From: an uncultured delta proteobacterium
GTDB lineage: Bacteria > Desulfobacterota > Binatia > JACPRU01
Assembly (NCBI GenBank): GCA_963745025.1
Contig: CAVUWD010000016.1
Coordinates: 672,001 to 736,000 of the forward strand
DNA length: 64,000 nt
Direction of reading: 5' to 3'
This document shows, one piece after another, positions 61,050 through 64,000 of this stretch (the first letter of the stretch is position 1; each line of letters starts with the position of its first letter). The position numbers and the translations under genes were made by a program. The notes under the pieces are model-generated. The model was not told the DNA's origin. It ran no database searches and was given only the letters and a program-made list of their open reading frames with translations.

Positions 61050-62231
61050 TCAGGCGATCGTGCCTTCTTCGCGCAATGCCTCGATCTCCGAGGCGCCGTA
61101 GCCGCACTCGCCGAGGATCTCGGTCGTGTGCTCGCCGACGGCCGGGGCGCAACGTCGGACCGCCGGCGGCGTCTCGGAGAAATGCAGGAACGGGCCCGGC
61201 GTGTCGATTCGGCCCTTGGTGGGGTGATCGAGCGTGCGGAGGTAGCCGTCGGCTCGTGTGTCCTCATCCCGTGCGATGTCTTCGTAGCTCCGCACCGGCG
61301 CCGCGAGCACGCCTTCGGCGCGCAGCCGTTCGACCCATTGCGAGACTTTGTCCCGCCGGAAGGCCGCCTCGAGGATCTCGAGCAGTGCGCCGCGGTGCTT
61401 GAGGCGCCGGCCGACCGAGCGGAAGCGCTCCTCTGCGGCGAGTTCCGGTCGGCCGATGACGCGACAGATGCCGGCCCACGAATCCTTCACCTCGGCGACC
61501 ACGAAGTCGCCGTCGCTCGCCGCGAAACTCTGCCACAGCGTCTTGATCAGTGGATGCGAGCGGCCGCCGCGCGGCGGCACCGCGTTCGAAAGCAGATGGT
61601 GCTGCATCTCCCAGGCCTGCACGCCGAGCAGGCCGCCGACCAGCGACACCTGCACGGCTTGTCCGCGGCCGGTTCGCTCTCGCGTATAGAGAGCGGCGAT
61701 CACGCCGAAGGCGAGGTTGACGCCACCGAGCGCGTCGGCGATCGCGACGCCGACGGGCAACGCGTCGCCGCCGGCAAGCCCGGTCACGCTCATGATGCCA
61801 CTTTCCGCTTGCGCGATGAGGTCGACGCCCGTCGCATCCTTGCGCGACCCCTTCGGTCCGTAGGTCGACACGGCCGCGTAGATCATGCGCGGGTTGGCGG
61901 CATGCACCGCCTCGTAACCGAGCCCGAGCTTCTCCATGGACCCCGGCTTCAGATTGTGTACGAGGACGTCGGACCGAGAGATCAGCCGCCGTACGATCTC
62001 CAACGCCGGCGGCTTGGCGAGGTCCAAACAGAGGCCTCGCTTGCCGCGGTTGTTGACCAAGAAGAAGCCGTTGACTCCGTCGATCTCGGCAAAGTTCGCG
62101 CGCGCCGGATCCCCGCCGGGGCGCTCGATTTTGATGACGTCTGCGCCGAAGTCGGCGAGCAGAGCCGCGCCGTAGGGGCCTGCTTGGTGCTGGGTGAAGT
62201 CGAGGACGCGGATGCCTTGGAGGAGATCCAT
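61050..62231 (-). CDS. CaiB/BaiF CoA transferase
   Basis: LQGIRVLDFTQHQAGPY, GADVIKIE, NRGKR, DLIAQAESGIMSVTG and AIADALGG. Confidence 0.93.
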   Translation of the reverse strand: MDLLQGIRVLDFTQHQAGPYGAALLADFGADVIKIERPGGDPARANFAEIDGVNGFFLVNNRGKRGLCLDLAKPPALEIVRRLISRSDVLVHNLKPGSMEKLGLGYEAVHAANPRMIYAAVSTYGPKGSRKDATGVDLIAQAESGIMSVTGLAGGDALPVGVAIADALGGVNLAFGVIAALYTRERTGRGQAVQVSLVGGLLGVQAWEMQHHLLSNAVPPRGGRSHPLIKTLWQSFAASDGDFVVAEVKDSWAGICRVIGRPELAAEERFRSVGRRLKHRGALLEILEAAFRRDKVSQWVERLRAEGVLAAPVRSYEDIARDEDTRADGYLRTLDHPTKGRIDTPGPFLHFSETPPAVRRCAPAVGEHTTEILGECGYGASEIEALREEGTIA

Positions 62232-62242
62232 GAGCTGACTAC

Positions 62243-62314
62243 CGGCTACCGACTACCGCAAAGACACAGGGAAGTCATTGCCACACTCGGCTTTTCTGCG
62301 GTAGCCGGTAGCCG
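62243..62314. repeat. Related heptamer hairpin (family 2 variant)
   Basis: CGGCTAC-CGACTAC-CGCA..TGCG-GTAGCCG-GTAGCCG in the dnaE-CoA transferase spacer. Confidence 0.55.
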
Positions 62315-62317
62315 CCT

Positions 62318-64000
<1,683 letters not shown>

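Overview
High-GC bacterial DNA. The gene content (many luciferase-like/F420-type oxidoreductases, DUF1302/DUF1329 proteins, CoA transferases) resembles Candidatus Binatota or a related deltaproteobacterial-type lineage; this is inference only. Positions 1-38.1 kb form an accessory catabolic region. It has six intact LLM oxidoreductases, an aldehyde dehydrogenase, a class III aminotransferase with PxpB/PxpC-like subunits, a cyclase, an alpha/beta hydrolase, tandem acyl-CoA hydrolase/transferase paralogs and an OYE-type flavoenzyme with ETF. It also has a DUF1302-YCF48-MMPL-HEAT-DUF1329 envelope module next to a GAF-containing sigma54 activator. Nine GG-N10-GC sigma54 promoters can be read directly (eight here, one at 40.06 kb), several with a shared TGTGGC-N5-GCCACA palindrome. 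Positions 38.1-40.2 kb hold a decayed tRNA-Arg(CCG) between two toxin-antitoxin-like modules. Positions 40.6-64 kb look more like core genome: a second DUF1302 protein, an OmpA-family protein, glgB/glgX, nitrite/sulfite reductase, a membrane pyrophosphatase, nuoB/F/G, efp and dnaE. Features the ORF track does not explain: (i) a ~215-bp three-hairpin repeat with an invariant 20-nt tip and compensatory stem changes; (ii) a second, heptamer-based hairpin repeat; (iii) about seven gene 'scars' that keep their RBS and N-terminus, sometimes fused in frame to the C-terminus; (iv) a missed OB-fold-like ORF that probably starts at CTG. Many frameshifts, dense in nuo and dnaE, look like long-read consensus errors rather than biology.
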